From an uncultured virus (IMG/VR IMGVR_UViG_3300042453_001749) (Duplodnaviria > Heunggongvirae > Uroviricota > Caudoviricetes): a stretch of DNA of 64,000 bases. Position 1 is the stretch's first letter. Every line of letters begins with the position of its first letter. The notes beneath the pieces were generated by a model that was not told where the DNA came from, made no database searches, and saw nothing but the letters and a program-made list of their open reading frames with translations. A program made the translations under genes and the position numbers. Below are positions 38,021 through 48,532 of the stretch, one piece after another. Location: the IMG/VR virus record IMGVR_UViG_3300042453_001749. The stretch is one strand, 5' to 3'.

Positions 38021-38763
38021 AAATAACAGAAAGAGAACATGTAATACATGCTTTAACCAATCCATACTGTGATCTGGGGGTCAATGGTCTAAGATTATTT
38101 TCTTTGATAGAACCATGTGATAATTTAATTTGCGTTGATCTGGGTGTTAGACACGGAGTTTCTTCTGCAATTCTCTCTTATCGTGCGGAAGAAAAAAACA
38201 CCCATATCTTTGGGTGTGATATTACATTCAATGTGCTTGATGAATGGTACGATAGAACTTCTAATTACCACAAAATTGCTGCTGATAGCGTTACTCTTGG
38301 AAAAATGTGGGGTGAAGGTTTAGTAGATTTAGTATTTGTAGATACTCTTCACGTTAGAGAACAAGTCCTTGCCGAACTTTATTTTTGGACAGATTATATT
38401 AAACCAAATGGATTTTTTGTTTTTCATGATACGGAATGGGAGGATGGTATTTGCGAAATATATGATGGAAGAGAGACTAAAACTGTTAATCATGCAGTTA
38501 TGGATTTCTTTGGATTGAAGGAGTTGGATGGGGAATATGAAGATGACCATATTGCAGTAAGGCATTTTAAAGAAAGTTATGGTATGACCTTCGTACAAAT
38601 TAAAGACGTATCTTATATTCCAGAATATAAAAAAAATATTGATTGGGAAGAAGTTTTTGAGATGCGTAACTTCTTAACGAATATATATTTTAATAGATCT
38701 TCTCCATATTATATCGAGGAAATTGATCCCAATTGTTTAAATGAAATGGTAATTACTGTATGA
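38017..38763 (+). CDS. Class I SAM methyltransferase (Methyltransf_24-like)
   Basis: VDLGVRHGVS, LVFVDTLH, VFHDT. Confidence 0.8.
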   Translation: MKITEREHVIHALTNPYCDLGVNGLRLFSLIEPCDNLICVDLGVRHGVSSAILSYRAEEKNTHIFGCDITFNVLDEWYDRTSNYHKIAADSVTLGKMWGEGLVDLVFVDTLHVREQVLAELYFWTDYIKPNGFFVFHDTEWEDGICEIYDGRETKTVNHAVMDFFGLKELDGEYEDDHIAVRHFKESYGMTFVQIKDVSYIPEYKKNIDWEEVFEMRNFLTNIYFNRSSPYYIEEIDPNCLNEMVITV

Positions 38764-39752
38764 AGATTTTTGTAACTGGATGTGCTGGACTTCTTGGGTC
38801 CAATTATACTAGGCATCTTCTTAAGAATGGTCATGATGTAATTGGTATTGATGATCTTTCTGGGGGATATAAAGCGTTTCTTCCTAAAGATGAACACTTT
38901 ACTTTTGCTAAATTGAATCTAGAGAAAAGAAAAAAACTTATAGATTTATTTGATGAACATAAACCAGATGTAGTAGTACATTTTGCTGCTTATGCTGCCG
39001 AAGGACTTTCTCCTTTTATTAGGAATTTTAACTATAGGAACAATCTTATTTGCTCTGCAAATTTGATTAATGAGTGCATTAAACACGATGCTAAGATGAT
39101 TTTTACATCAAGCATGGCTGTTTATGGTGCTCAGGAACCTCCTTTTACTGAAGATAAGAGACCACAACCTATCGATCCTTATGGCGTTGCAAAGTATGCC
39201 GTAGAGGTTGATCTTGAATTAGCTCGTAAGCAATTTGGGTTAAGGTATAATATCGTTCGTCCACACAACGTTTTGGGTAAGTACCAAAATATTTGGGATC
39301 GTTATAGAAACGTAATTGGAATTTTTATTAGAAAAACTCTAAATGGAATTCCTATTCTTGTGTATGGTGATGGTGAGCAGACAAGAGCTTTTTCAGATAT
39401 CAAATATTATATGGAACCATTCGATAAACTTCTAACAGAGTACGATGGTGAAATTTTTAATATTGGTGCTGATAAGTATTTTTCACTTAATGAAGTTGCT
39501 CAAACAGTTCAAAAGATTGGGCGAAAATATGGATATGATGTTCCTATCGAGCATGGGGAAGCTAGGCATGAAGTAAAACACGCTTATTGTGATCATACAA
39601 AAGCAAAGACTATATTAGAATTTGTGGATAACACAAACCTTGAAGATCTCATTGAAGATGTTTTTGTTTGGGCTATGAAGCAACCAAATAGAAAAGTTAA
39701 AGATATGGATTATGAAGTTACTAAAAATATTTACGAATACTGGAAAGACTGA
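38760..39752 (+). CDS. NAD-dependent epimerase (UDP-glucose 4-epimerase-like)
   Basis: TGCAGLLG, SSMAVYG, YGVAK, GDGEQTRAF. Confidence 0.88.
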   Translation: MKIFVTGCAGLLGSNYTRHLLKNGHDVIGIDDLSGGYKAFLPKDEHFTFAKLNLEKRKKLIDLFDEHKPDVVVHFAAYAAEGLSPFIRNFNYRNNLICSANLINECIKHDAKMIFTSSMAVYGAQEPPFTEDKRPQPIDPYGVAKYAVEVDLELARKQFGLRYNIVRPHNVLGKYQNIWDRYRNVIGIFIRKTLNGIPILVYGDGEQTRAFSDIKYYMEPFDKLLTEYDGEIFNIGADKYFSLNEVAQTVQKIGRKYGYDVPIEHGEARHEVKHAYCDHTKAKTILEFVDNTNLEDLIEDVFVWAMKQPNRKVKDMDYEVTKNIYEYWKD

Positions 39753-40429
39753 TGCAAGAACCAATCAAAGGATTAACGACGGATAGGGATGAATTTTTAT
39801 CAAGGGAAGAATTAAAAGAATATGATTATGATTTCTTGAATAAACTTTATGTAATGTTTTTAGATGACGAGGGTGCTTTATTTAATTGGTTGGGTTGTAA
39901 TGGATTAGTGGAACAATTGGATTTTCATAAAAAATATGTGGATCAAATCAAACCTAAAAATGTTTTAGAGGTTGGAACTCATAAAGGATATTATTCATAT
40001 TTTATGAAAAAGTTAATTCCAGATGTTAAAATTTGGACATTCGGCATAAATGAAGAAAGTCAACTTTGCGTTGATGAAATTCACAAGTATTTTGGTGAAG
40101 AATTTATTACTTTCTTTCCTGGAAATTCTGTAGAGACTTTAAGTAATTTTGAGAATCCAGAACAAATTAAATTTGATCTTGCTTGGGTTGATGGTGGGCA
40201 CGATTACGAATGTGCATATTCAGATTTAAAAAATTGTGCTAGACTGGGAATTGATAATATATTAATTGATGATTGTGATAATGGGCTTGTGAGTAAATCT
40301 GTACAAAATTTTGTGAATGATAATCAACCAAAATACGTTATTATGGAAGAAAGTCCTTTTGAAAGAAAGATCACATACATTGGAAATTCATCTCATTGGA
40401 AACCAATTTCATCGGAAACCTTAAATTAA
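39752..40429 (+). CDS. SAM methyltransferase
   Basis: LEVGTHKGYY, WVDGGHDY, IDD. Confidence 0.8.
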   Translation: MQEPIKGLTTDRDEFLSREELKEYDYDFLNKLYVMFLDDEGALFNWLGCNGLVEQLDFHKKYVDQIKPKNVLEVGTHKGYYSYFMKKLIPDVKIWTFGINEESQLCVDEIHKYFGEEFITFFPGNSVETLSNFENPEQIKFDLAWVDGGHDYECAYSDLKNCARLGIDNILIDDCDNGLVSKSVQNFVNDNQPKYVIMEESPFERKITYIGNSSHWKPISSETLN

Positions 40430-40442
40430 ATTAATTAAAATT

Positions 40443-41114
40443 ATGAGAAATTCAAAAGTTCTTGTCTATCAACCAAAGAATAGACCTGCTAAAGTCGCTA
40501 AACCATTTAGTATTCAAGACATCTATGAAGATGCATGTGCATGTGAAGTATCTGATATTTACATGCATCTTCCTGTTTTGTATGAATACGCTAAGAAGTG
40601 TGATCATGTAACCGAAATGGGGGCAAGATCTGGAAATAGTACATCTGCATTTTTATATGCTAATCCTAAAAAATTTGTCTCTTATGATTATCAATATGAA
40701 AATCCAGAACCACACCTCGCTAGAGAAGTTAACGCTCTAATTAAAGTCTTTCATCAAGCACAAGAATTGGGTGTGAATTGTGAATATATTGGTGCCGATG
40801 TTCTTACAGTAGAAATTGAAGAAACTGATATGCTTTTCATTGATACGTGGCACTGCTACGATCAACTTAAAAAAGAACTAGAACTTCATGCTGGTAAAGT
40901 TAGAAAGTATATTGCTTTTCACGATACCTATACATTTGGTGAGCGTGGTGAAGGTTATCCATCCATGGATCCAAACCATCCACAAAGAGATACTCTTGAT
41001 GGATCAGGTGGAATTAGACTAGCAATTGATGAATTCTTGGAAGAAAATCCCGAATGGGAAATTGAATATGAGACTGAAGAAAATAACGGACTAATCATTA
41101 TTACTAAGAACTGA
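40443..41114 (+). CDS. SAM methyltransferase
   Basis: EMGARSGNST, LFIDTWH, IAFHDT, NNGL. Confidence 0.8.
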   Translation: MRNSKVLVYQPKNRPAKVAKPFSIQDIYEDACACEVSDIYMHLPVLYEYAKKCDHVTEMGARSGNSTSAFLYANPKKFVSYDYQYENPEPHLAREVNALIKVFHQAQELGVNCEYIGADVLTVEIEETDMLFIDTWHCYDQLKKELELHAGKVRKYIAFHDTYTFGERGEGYPSMDPNHPQRDTLDGSGGIRLAIDEFLEENPEWEIEYETEENNGLIIITKN

Positions 41115-41115
41115 T

Positions 41116-41976
41116 ATGAAAATTTTTGATTCGTTTCGATTCTTTAATGAGTTGGAACTTTTAGAAATTAGATTTAATCTACTTTATGATGTTGTAGACT
41201 ATTTTGTAATCACTGAATGTCCATATACAATTAGTGGACATGAAAAGCCATTACTTTATCTGGAAAATAAAGATCAGTTTTCAAAGTTTAATGATAAAGT
41301 GATTCATGATATTACGGAAGAAATTCCTAATGACTTCTCGGATTATGTAGAGAAGAAAAAATATCATACTGCCTATGGGGATATTGATAATAACTGCGGG
41401 CAGAGATTTATTGATATTCCTGTTAGGTATCAAAGAGATATCTACGCTAGAAATTGTACAGCGTTTTCTTTAGAAAAGGCAGGAGTTTCTGATGAGGATA
41501 TTGTTATTACCAGTGATGCTGATGAAATTGTTAATCCATTAATTCTTAAGAATGTGGATTGGTTCGATGCTTCAAATCATTATGCATGTCTTCAAAGATC
41601 ATTTTATTATAAACTCAACATTCTTTATCAAGAAAATTGGGCAGGATCTAGAATTTGTTCTTGGAAAACTCTTAAGGAGATTAGTGTTGATAAACTGAGA
41701 CAGAGTTTAAGTGAATCTCATTTAATCGAGTCTGCTGGTTGGCATTGGAGTTATTTTGGTGATGCTGATAAATTCAAACAAAAGTTAGCAGCGTCTGCAG
41801 ACTGCCATCACAATACACCAGATGTAATTGATAATGCAGAAGAAAAAATTGAAAACGGATTAGATCCTCTCAATCGCGGAAATGTTTATCCTACAGTTCC
41901 TATCGATGATTCTTTCCCAGAATACATTTTGAATAATCAAGATAAGTTTACTCAGTACATTAAACCATGGAATTGA
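41116..41976 (+). CDS. GT17 family glycosyltransferase (GlcNAc-transferase-like)
   Basis: FFNELELLEIR...VDYFVITE, SDADEI, GWHWSY. Confidence 0.85.
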   Translation: MKIFDSFRFFNELELLEIRFNLLYDVVDYFVITECPYTISGHEKPLLYLENKDQFSKFNDKVIHDITEEIPNDFSDYVEKKKYHTAYGDIDNNCGQRFIDIPVRYQRDIYARNCTAFSLEKAGVSDEDIVITSDADEIVNPLILKNVDWFDASNHYACLQRSFYYKLNILYQENWAGSRICSWKTLKEISVDKLRQSLSESHLIESAGWHWSYFGDADKFKQKLAASADCHHNTPDVIDNAEEKIENGLDPLNRGNVYPTVPIDDSFPEYILNNQDKFTQYIKPWN

Positions 41977-42914
41977 TTGAAGGCGTAGCATTATCTAAAC
42001 TTTGCGATTACTCTTTCGGTGATCAATCTGGACAATGGGGTAATATTTTTACCTCTTTTATGAAAGATGCTAATTTAACAAATGTTGAATTTGTTTCTAA
42101 AGTTTTTGAACTAAAGAAACAAAGAAACTATATGACTTTGTTTATTGATAATATCAGACTGTATAAGAGAGATATTGAAGAAGTAAAACCAGAAGATAAA
42201 GATTATGTTTGGTCTTTAATGGATAGAAGCGATCTTTTAAAATTGTGTTCTAACTTTAAAGATATAAACTTTATCATCTTTACTAATCTTGAAGATACCC
42301 CAATTGATCAATATATCTTTGATGCTATCCCAGAAAATGTCCTTTGTATTTCTGCTGTAAACGCTGCTTCTTGGGGTGGTAAAGTTATTCCAGCACCATA
42401 TGGATTACAAAGGCAAATGCATCCTGGAGATAATAGAAATGAGATTCTGAATAAAGTGATGTTAGATTCTGATATCACTCCAACCAATCTCTTATACATA
42501 AATCATAGCACTCATACAAATCCAAAAGAGAGATCTGGTATTAATGAAATCTTTGAAGATAAGTATTGGGTATTGGTAGATAAAGAACGTGTTGGGTATG
42601 AAGAGTTTTTGAAGAAAATCAAAAATCACAAATTTATGATTTGTCCTATCGGTAACGCTTTAGACTGTCACCGAAATTGGGAAGTGTTATACCTCAAAAG
42701 AGTTCCAGTGATGAAGAGACATCCTTATCTTGAGGAACTGTATAAGAATTATCCTGTTCTTTTTGTAGACAACTATGAAGATGTTACTGAAGAACTTTTA
42801 GTTCAAAATGAACATCTTTATAATGAGGTAAAACAAATAGATTTTACCACATTGACCCTACCATATTTCTATGATAACATTGTAAGTAAAGCTATTAAGG
42901 AGATTTCATGCTAG
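41967..42914 (+). CDS. Exostosin/GT47-like protein
   Basis: KFMICPIGNALDCHRNWEVLYL. Confidence 0.65.
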   Translation: MELIEGVALSKLCDYSFGDQSGQWGNIFTSFMKDANLTNVEFVSKVFELKKQRNYMTLFIDNIRLYKRDIEEVKPEDKDYVWSLMDRSDLLKLCSNFKDINFIIFTNLEDTPIDQYIFDAIPENVLCISAVNAASWGGKVIPAPYGLQRQMHPGDNRNEILNKVMLDSDITPTNLLYINHSTHTNPKERSGINEIFEDKYWVLVDKERVGYEEFLKKIKNHKFMICPIGNALDCHRNWEVLYLKRVPVMKRHPYLEELYKNYPVLFVDNYEDVTEELLVQNEHLYNEVKQIDFTTLTLPYFYDNIVSKAIKEISC

Positions 42915-43891
42915 TTAATGAAATGTATCTTGGATCTGGAATTGGAAACCAGATCTGGGGCGCTGTTGTGGTTAGAATCATCGCAGAAAAGTTAGGATAT
43001 GATTATGGTATTATGGGAAAGCACCTTTGGAAAGGTGCTGGTTGGATGCCTTTTTTCTGGGGTAATGAAGTAATTGGTGGGTCTGGTCCTGATGGAGGAC
43101 CACCTGATTCTCTTCCGCAAGGAATCGAATACTGGTATAAAGAATGTCAGTATCGACATCCAAAAAGTGGTCATGATTATAATCCTGTTGACCCAATGTT
43201 GTTTTTTCTCCCAGATAACACAAAAGTTGATGGAACATTTCAAAACATGATCTTTATTGAAGATCGTCGTGATGATATTAGAGAATGGTGTAAACTTGAT
43301 GAAGATAAAATTATTAGAGATTATTCTCAAGATAATATTTGTGTAGTTCACTTTAGGGGTGGAGATTATTCTACTGGACATTCTTTCTTGCCTCCCGAGT
43401 ATTATCAGATGGCGATGAAAGCAATGCAAGAAGAAAATCCTGATATTAAGTTTGTTGTTGTGACTGATGATCCAAATCTAGCTAGAAGACATATTCCAAA
43501 CGCTGAAGTTGTTGGTGCAGCAGTTTCTGATGAACCAGGGGGTCCAGATTATAAAATTGGATGGTATCAGATGGGTGGAGGCCCTCTTTCTATTGATTAC
43601 ACTATTTTGAATACTGCAAAATATGTTATCATGTCTGCATCTACATTTTCTTTCTGGCCTGTTTGGTTATCTACAGAAGTTAAGAAAGTAATCGCACCAA
43701 TGTATTGGTTTGATTGGAACATCTCTGATGGATTTTGGAGACCTGCAGATTCCATCGTTATGGATTGGAATTACATGGATAAAAACGGAACAGTAAAGAC
43801 TGCTGCTCAGTGTTGGGAAGAATACGAGAATTATAAGGGCGTACAAAACTTTGGACTTTCGGGTATCATTACAAAATATGAAAACGATTAA
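42908..43891 (+). CDS. GT11-like glycosyltransferase
   Basis: GIGNQIW, HFRGGDY, VVTDD, SASTFSFW. Confidence 0.8.
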   Translation: MLVNEMYLGSGIGNQIWGAVVVRIIAEKLGYDYGIMGKHLWKGAGWMPFFWGNEVIGGSGPDGGPPDSLPQGIEYWYKECQYRHPKSGHDYNPVDPMLFFLPDNTKVDGTFQNMIFIEDRRDDIREWCKLDEDKIIRDYSQDNICVVHFRGGDYSTGHSFLPPEYYQMAMKAMQEENPDIKFVVVTDDPNLARRHIPNAEVVGAAVSDEPGGPDYKIGWYQMGGGPLSIDYTILNTAKYVIMSASTFSFWPVWLSTEVKKVIAPMYWFDWNISDGFWRPADSIVMDWNYMDKNGTVKTAAQCWEEYENYKGVQNFGLSGIITKYEND

Positions 43892-44735
43892 TAAAAAGAA
43901 AAATTTCTACGGATGGATTGCCGCAGAAAATGAAACTCTTTCTGATTATACTTCTGCATGTCTTGAAGCAGTGGAATATGATAATGAATTTTCTAACTTC
44001 AGGAAGAATGAAAAATACAGAACAATTTTAGAAGGTGCTCCAAAACTTTTTTCTGATTATTATGTTCAGAAAATTAATTCTCATTTAAAGAAAAATTTGT
44101 TTTACAGCAATCTTGAAAAGTTTAAAGAGAATGATAAGATTGGTAATCCAGACTTATACGATGAGAGTGAAATTGGTTTAATTTCTCCAAGTACTCTTAA
44201 GTTTGCATTTAACGCTATTGATATTGTTTGTTTTCTTGAACAACAATCGCAACCTCTTTCTTTAAAAAATATTATTGAGATTGGTGGTGGGTATGGTGGA
44301 CTTTGTTTACTATTATCTAATCTAATTGAATTTGAGTCTTATACTCTAATAGATTTACCTGAGGCTTGTAAACTTGCTCAAAAGTATATTTCAAATTTCG
44401 AGCATTTAAAAGATAAAGTCAATTTCGTTCCATGCGATAAACTTTCTTCAATAAAGAAAAAAGATTTTGATTTAGTTATTGCTGTAAATTCTCTTTCAGA
44501 GTGTAATCTTGAAACTCAATTAGATTACTTTGATAAGTTTGTATCTAAATCAAATTTTTCATACATTGTTCGTAATCCAGACACTCAAGAAAGATTTGAG
44601 CATCATGTAAAGACTATTGATTCTCTTCCAGAAAACTTTTTAGTTGATGATACAAATAAGGTAGAAGAGTGGTATAGTAGTAATATTATTGTGTATATCA
44701 AGCGAGGTGATGAAACTAATGATCAATCTACCTAA
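43878..44735 (+). CDS. Putative sugar O-methyltransferase
   Basis: ND.IGNP, IIEIGGGYGG, YTLIDLPE, SLSE. Confidence 0.75.
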   Translation: MKTINKKKNFYGWIAAENETLSDYTSACLEAVEYDNEFSNFRKNEKYRTILEGAPKLFSDYYVQKINSHLKKNLFYSNLEKFKENDKIGNPDLYDESEIGLISPSTLKFAFNAIDIVCFLEQQSQPLSLKNIIEIGGGYGGLCLLLSNLIEFESYTLIDLPEACKLAQKYISNFEHLKDKVNFVPCDKLSSIKKKDFDLVIAVNSLSECNLETQLDYFDKFVSKSNFSYIVRNPDTQERFEHHVKTIDSLPENFLVDDTNKVEEWYSSNIIVYIKRGDETNDQST

Positions 44736-45393
44736 TGTAACTTTATTCTGCATATCTTCAAATAATATTCCTGGAGCACTCTTTGCTCTACAGCATAGTA
44801 TGAAGGGAATTAATTTTGGTGCAGTAAAGTTGATTACTCACGAAGATCCAGGTAATCTTCCCGAGGGAATTGAGTTTTCTAAATGCTATGAGATTAAGTC
44901 AATTCATGATTACAATTATTATTGCATTTACAACCTGAGCAAACATATTGATACTGATTATTGTCTTCTTGTTCAACCAGATGGGTTTGTAATTAATCCA
45001 GATAAATGGGATAATGAGTTCTTTAATTATGATTATATTGGTGCTCCTTGGGAGCAAGTTCCTCATTCTTATCTGGATCCTTGGGGAAAACCTCATAGAG
45101 TTGGAAATGGGGGATTCTCTTTTAGAAGTAAAAAACTTTTAGATGTACCCAAGAGAGCTTATATTCACTTTGATGTAAATTGGGGAGACTTTTATAAGCA
45201 TTTTGGATATGGTAATACTGGAGAGGATGGAAATATCTGCGTTCACAATCGCCATATCTACGAAGCATTGGGGTGTAAGTTTGCCCCAGTGGAAGTTGCC
45301 GCTAAATTTTCTCACGAAAAACCACTTCCAGAAACTCAGGGAATTGTTCCCTTTGGATTCCATTATCATTTACCACCAGGAACTGTACTATGA
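44710..45393 (+). CDS. DUF5672-like glycosyltransferase-related protein
   Basis: LLVQPDGF, YDYIGAPW, VGNGGFSFRS, FGFH. Confidence 0.8.
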   Translation: MKLMINLPNVTLFCISSNNIPGALFALQHSMKGINFGAVKLITHEDPGNLPEGIEFSKCYEIKSIHDYNYYCIYNLSKHIDTDYCLLVQPDGFVINPDKWDNEFFNYDYIGAPWEQVPHSYLDPWGKPHRVGNGGFSFRSKKLLDVPKRAYIHFDVNWGDFYKHFGYGNTGEDGNICVHNRHIYEALGCKFAPVEVAAKFSHEKPLPETQGIVPFGFHYHLPPGTVL

Positions 45394-46181
45394 TCGGACA
45401 TAATCACTTAGGAAAGAATGGTCGTTTTGGAAATCAAATGTTCCAATACGCTGCTACTAGAGGAATTGCTGCTAATCGAGGATTTGATTGGTGTATTCCC
45501 CCTGGTCCTAAAACTTATGATGAATTCAACGATGAAGAAAATCAGCATAAGTTATTCATGGCTTTTAATCTTCCTCATGTAAAGGAGGTTAATCTTTTTC
45601 CAGCACCTTATGTGGAAGAGGAAACATTTAGATTTAATGAAAATCTTTTTAATAACTGCGAAGATAACGTAAATCTTTATGGGTATTTTCAATCACCAAA
45701 ATACTTTAATCATATTGCTGATGAAATTCGTGAAGACTTTACTTTCGTAGATGATATTCTCAAACCATGTAAAGAGATGTTCTCATTTGGAGTTGATGCA
45801 ATTTCTCTTCATATTCGTAGAACAGATCATCTAATTAAACCACAATATCATCCAGTTCTCCCTCTTGAATACTACGAAGCAGCACTGGAAAAACTACCAG
45901 AAAATCTTCCAGTTATGATTTTTTCTGATGATCCAAAGTGGTGTAAGACTCAATCTTTATTTGAGAGTGATAGATTTTTGATCTCGGAATCTGATGATAA
46001 TATAATTGATATGTGCCTTATGACTCTTTGCTCATATCATATCATTGCTAATAGTACTTATAGTTGGTGGGGAGCATGGTTGGCTAATTCTAAAAAAATT
46101 ATTGCACCCAAAGTTTGGTTTGGACCTGCTGCTACAATTGATGAAGTTGATTTAGTACCTGAGGATTGGGAAAGAATTTAA
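45390..46181 (+). CDS. GT11 alpha-1,2-fucosyltransferase-like
   Basis: GRFGNQMFQ, GYFQS.KYF, HIRRTD, IIANSTYSWWGAWL. Confidence 0.9.
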   Translation: MIGHNHLGKNGRFGNQMFQYAATRGIAANRGFDWCIPPGPKTYDEFNDEENQHKLFMAFNLPHVKEVNLFPAPYVEEETFRFNENLFNNCEDNVNLYGYFQSPKYFNHIADEIREDFTFVDDILKPCKEMFSFGVDAISLHIRRTDHLIKPQYHPVLPLEYYEAALEKLPENLPVMIFSDDPKWCKTQSLFESDRFLISESDDNIIDMCLMTLCSYHIIANSTYSWWGAWLANSKKIIAPKVWFGPAATIDEVDLVPEDWERI

Positions 46182-46939
46182 TGACTGAATTTTCTATTGC
46201 AATTCCATCTCATGATAGGGGAGAGAATGGACCAATTTGGATGAGACAATTGCTCGATTCTCTTAAGGTTCAAACGTTTCAAGATTTTGATATTGTTGTT
46301 TCTGATCAAAGTAAAAATGATTTAATCTTGGATGTTTGTAAAGAATATTCTGATGATTTTGAATTTACTTTTGTTAGATATTCTGGTACTAATGCATGTG
46401 AAAATATTAATGTTGCTTTAGATAATTGTGCTGGTAAAATAATTAAAATCATGTTCTCCGATGATGTTTTTGTTTCACCGAAAGCATTAGAAATTATTTC
46501 CGAGGAATACAAAACATCTAATTGTAAATGGGCATTTAGTGGATTTTGCGGAACTAAAGACGGAGTTTCTTTCTATGATCAAAAAGTTCCAAAATGGGTT
46601 GACTACACTCTTGAGGGAAGAAATCTTCTGAGCAGTCCATCCGTAGTTTCATTTTTAAATGATTGCAAAGTTAACTTTGATTTAAATCTAAAACTATTAC
46701 TCGACACCGATTTTTATCATAGAATGAGGTGGAATAATGGACTTCCAAATATTATTCCTGATATTCTAGTTGCAAATAGAGATCATGATAATCGAATAAG
46801 CAGTCAAGCAACTTCTCAATATGATTGTGTTGTAGAGCATCCAGAAGGTGGATGGATGATGAATAGTAAAGAATTAAAATATATTCAAGAAAAATATTCA
46901 GAATTTATACAAACTAGAAAGTATCCAGATGAAAACTGA
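46181..46939 (+). CDS. GT2 family glycosyltransferase
   Basis: SIAIP, IVVSDQS, MFSDD, LLDTDFY. Confidence 0.8.
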   Translation: MTEFSIAIPSHDRGENGPIWMRQLLDSLKVQTFQDFDIVVSDQSKNDLILDVCKEYSDDFEFTFVRYSGTNACENINVALDNCAGKIIKIMFSDDVFVSPKALEIISEEYKTSNCKWAFSGFCGTKDGVSFYDQKVPKWVDYTLEGRNLLSSPSVVSFLNDCKVNFDLNLKLLLDTDFYHRMRWNNGLPNIIPDILVANRDHDNRISSQATSQYDCVVEHPEGGWMMNSKELKYIQEKYSEFIQTRKYPDEN

Positions 46940-47741
46940 TTTATCAAAAGCGACTTTTATCATTCCAGTCAGAATAGAATCTGATGATAGACTTAGGAAT
47001 GTTATTACATCTCTATGCTTTTTATTGGAAAATTTTGAAACAAATATAATCTTAAAGGAGGTTGATTCTACTTCAGTATTTCGTAATCAAGCACTTCCTC
47101 AGATTTCAGAATTTCTGGGAAATGTTCCAGATATTGATCATATCTTTGAAGAAAGTGATGGTGGAACTTTTCATAGGCAAAGAATTCTGAATGAAATGCT
47201 ATGGGTTTCCAATACTGAGGTTGTTGTAAATTATGATTGTGATGTTATTCTCCCATTCAATTCTTATCTAGAGGCATATAATTCTATTATTGATCATACT
47301 TATGATATTGTATATCCATACGGTCAAGGGATGTATCAGAAGCAAGTTGCTGCTACTGATGAACTAGTCTCTGATTTTCTATCTAACGATTTTGATTTTT
47401 CAGTTTTAGATAAAAATTCAAATACTCACACCTCCGATTTTGGGTGGGCTCAGTTCTTTAACCGTAAAGTTTATATTGAAGGTGGAATGGAAAATGAAAA
47501 CTTTGTAGCATATGCACCAGAAGATAAAGAAAGATTTTACAGATTTACTACATTGGGGTATAATGTAGGACGTATTAATGATTATGTCTATCATCTAGAA
47601 CATAAAAGAGGTCCTAATTCATGGTTCAGTAATCCCCATATGAATCAGAATAATGATGAATGGGAAAAGGTCCAATCAATGAGTGTGGAAGAATTAAAAA
47701 ATTATTATTTACAACAGTCGTATCTTAAAAAATACCAATGA
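46929..47741 (+). CDS. GT2/GT7-type galactosyltransferase-like protein
   Basis: YDCD, GGMENENF.AYAPED, YHLEH. Confidence 0.8.
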   Translation: MKTDLSKATFIIPVRIESDDRLRNVITSLCFLLENFETNIILKEVDSTSVFRNQALPQISEFLGNVPDIDHIFEESDGGTFHRQRILNEMLWVSNTEVVVNYDCDVILPFNSYLEAYNSIIDHTYDIVYPYGQGMYQKQVAATDELVSDFLSNDFDFSVLDKNSNTHTSDFGWAQFFNRKVYIEGGMENENFVAYAPEDKERFYRFTTLGYNVGRINDYVYHLEHKRGPNSWFSNPHMNQNNDEWEKVQSMSVEELKNYYLQQSYLKKYQ

Positions 47742-48532
47742 ATCGAATTTCAGATTACGAACAATTAAAAAATAGAATTGTTAAATGGTTGGGTGACTAT
47801 GTACTAGAAAACCCTAGCATCAAATCTCTTGTTGTAGGAGTTTCTGGAGGAATTGACTCTGCTGTAGTCTCAACTCTTTGTGCAGAAACTGGACTACCAA
47901 CATATGTCTTGTCTATGCCTCTACTTTCAAATGTAGATAATGATAGACTTTCAGATGATCATACAAAAGCATTGGAAGCAAAATATCCTAATGTTACTAG
48001 AATTCGTGTAGAACTTTCTAGTGTGTATGATAAATTCGTTCATAGTTTGAATTGGTGGACTAACAGTTCTCAGTACACAAGCAATCAACTTGCAAATGCA
48101 AATACAAAATCACGCATTCGCATGGTTACTTTGTATCAAATTGCTGGATCTGTTGGTGGTATTGTTGTCGGTACTGGAAATAAAGTTGAAGATTACGGTG
48201 TGGGATTTTATACTAAATATGGTGATGGTGGAGTTGATATTGCTCCTATCGCAGACCTTTATAAAACTGAGGTATGGGAACTTGGAAAATATCTTGGAGT
48301 AGATCAACGTATTGTTGATGCTCCTCCCACAGATGGACTTTGGGAAGATGGTAGATCTGATGAGGATCAGATTGGAACATCTTATGAAATGCTTGAGTGG
48401 GTTATGGAAACTGGATTGAGTGAAGATCCAATGTTTCTTAACGAAAATCAACTAAAAGCAATCGAAGTCTATAAAAAATTTAACACCCAAAATAAACATA
48501 AAATGTTGTCTATTCCTACATTTAAACTATGA
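47738..48532 (+). CDS. nadE: NH3-dependent NAD+ synthetase
   Basis: SGGIDSA, NTKSRIRM, GTGNKVE, FYTKYGDG, PTDGLW. Confidence 0.93.
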   Translation: MNRISDYEQLKNRIVKWLGDYVLENPSIKSLVVGVSGGIDSAVVSTLCAETGLPTYVLSMPLLSNVDNDRLSDDHTKALEAKYPNVTRIRVELSSVYDKFVHSLNWWTNSSQYTSNQLANANTKSRIRMVTLYQIAGSVGGIVVGTGNKVEDYGVGFYTKYGDGGVDIAPIADLYKTEVWELGKYLGVDQRIVDAPPTDGLWEDGRSDEDQIGTSYEMLEWVMETGLSEDPMFLNENQLKAIEVYKKFNTQNKHKMLSIPTFKL

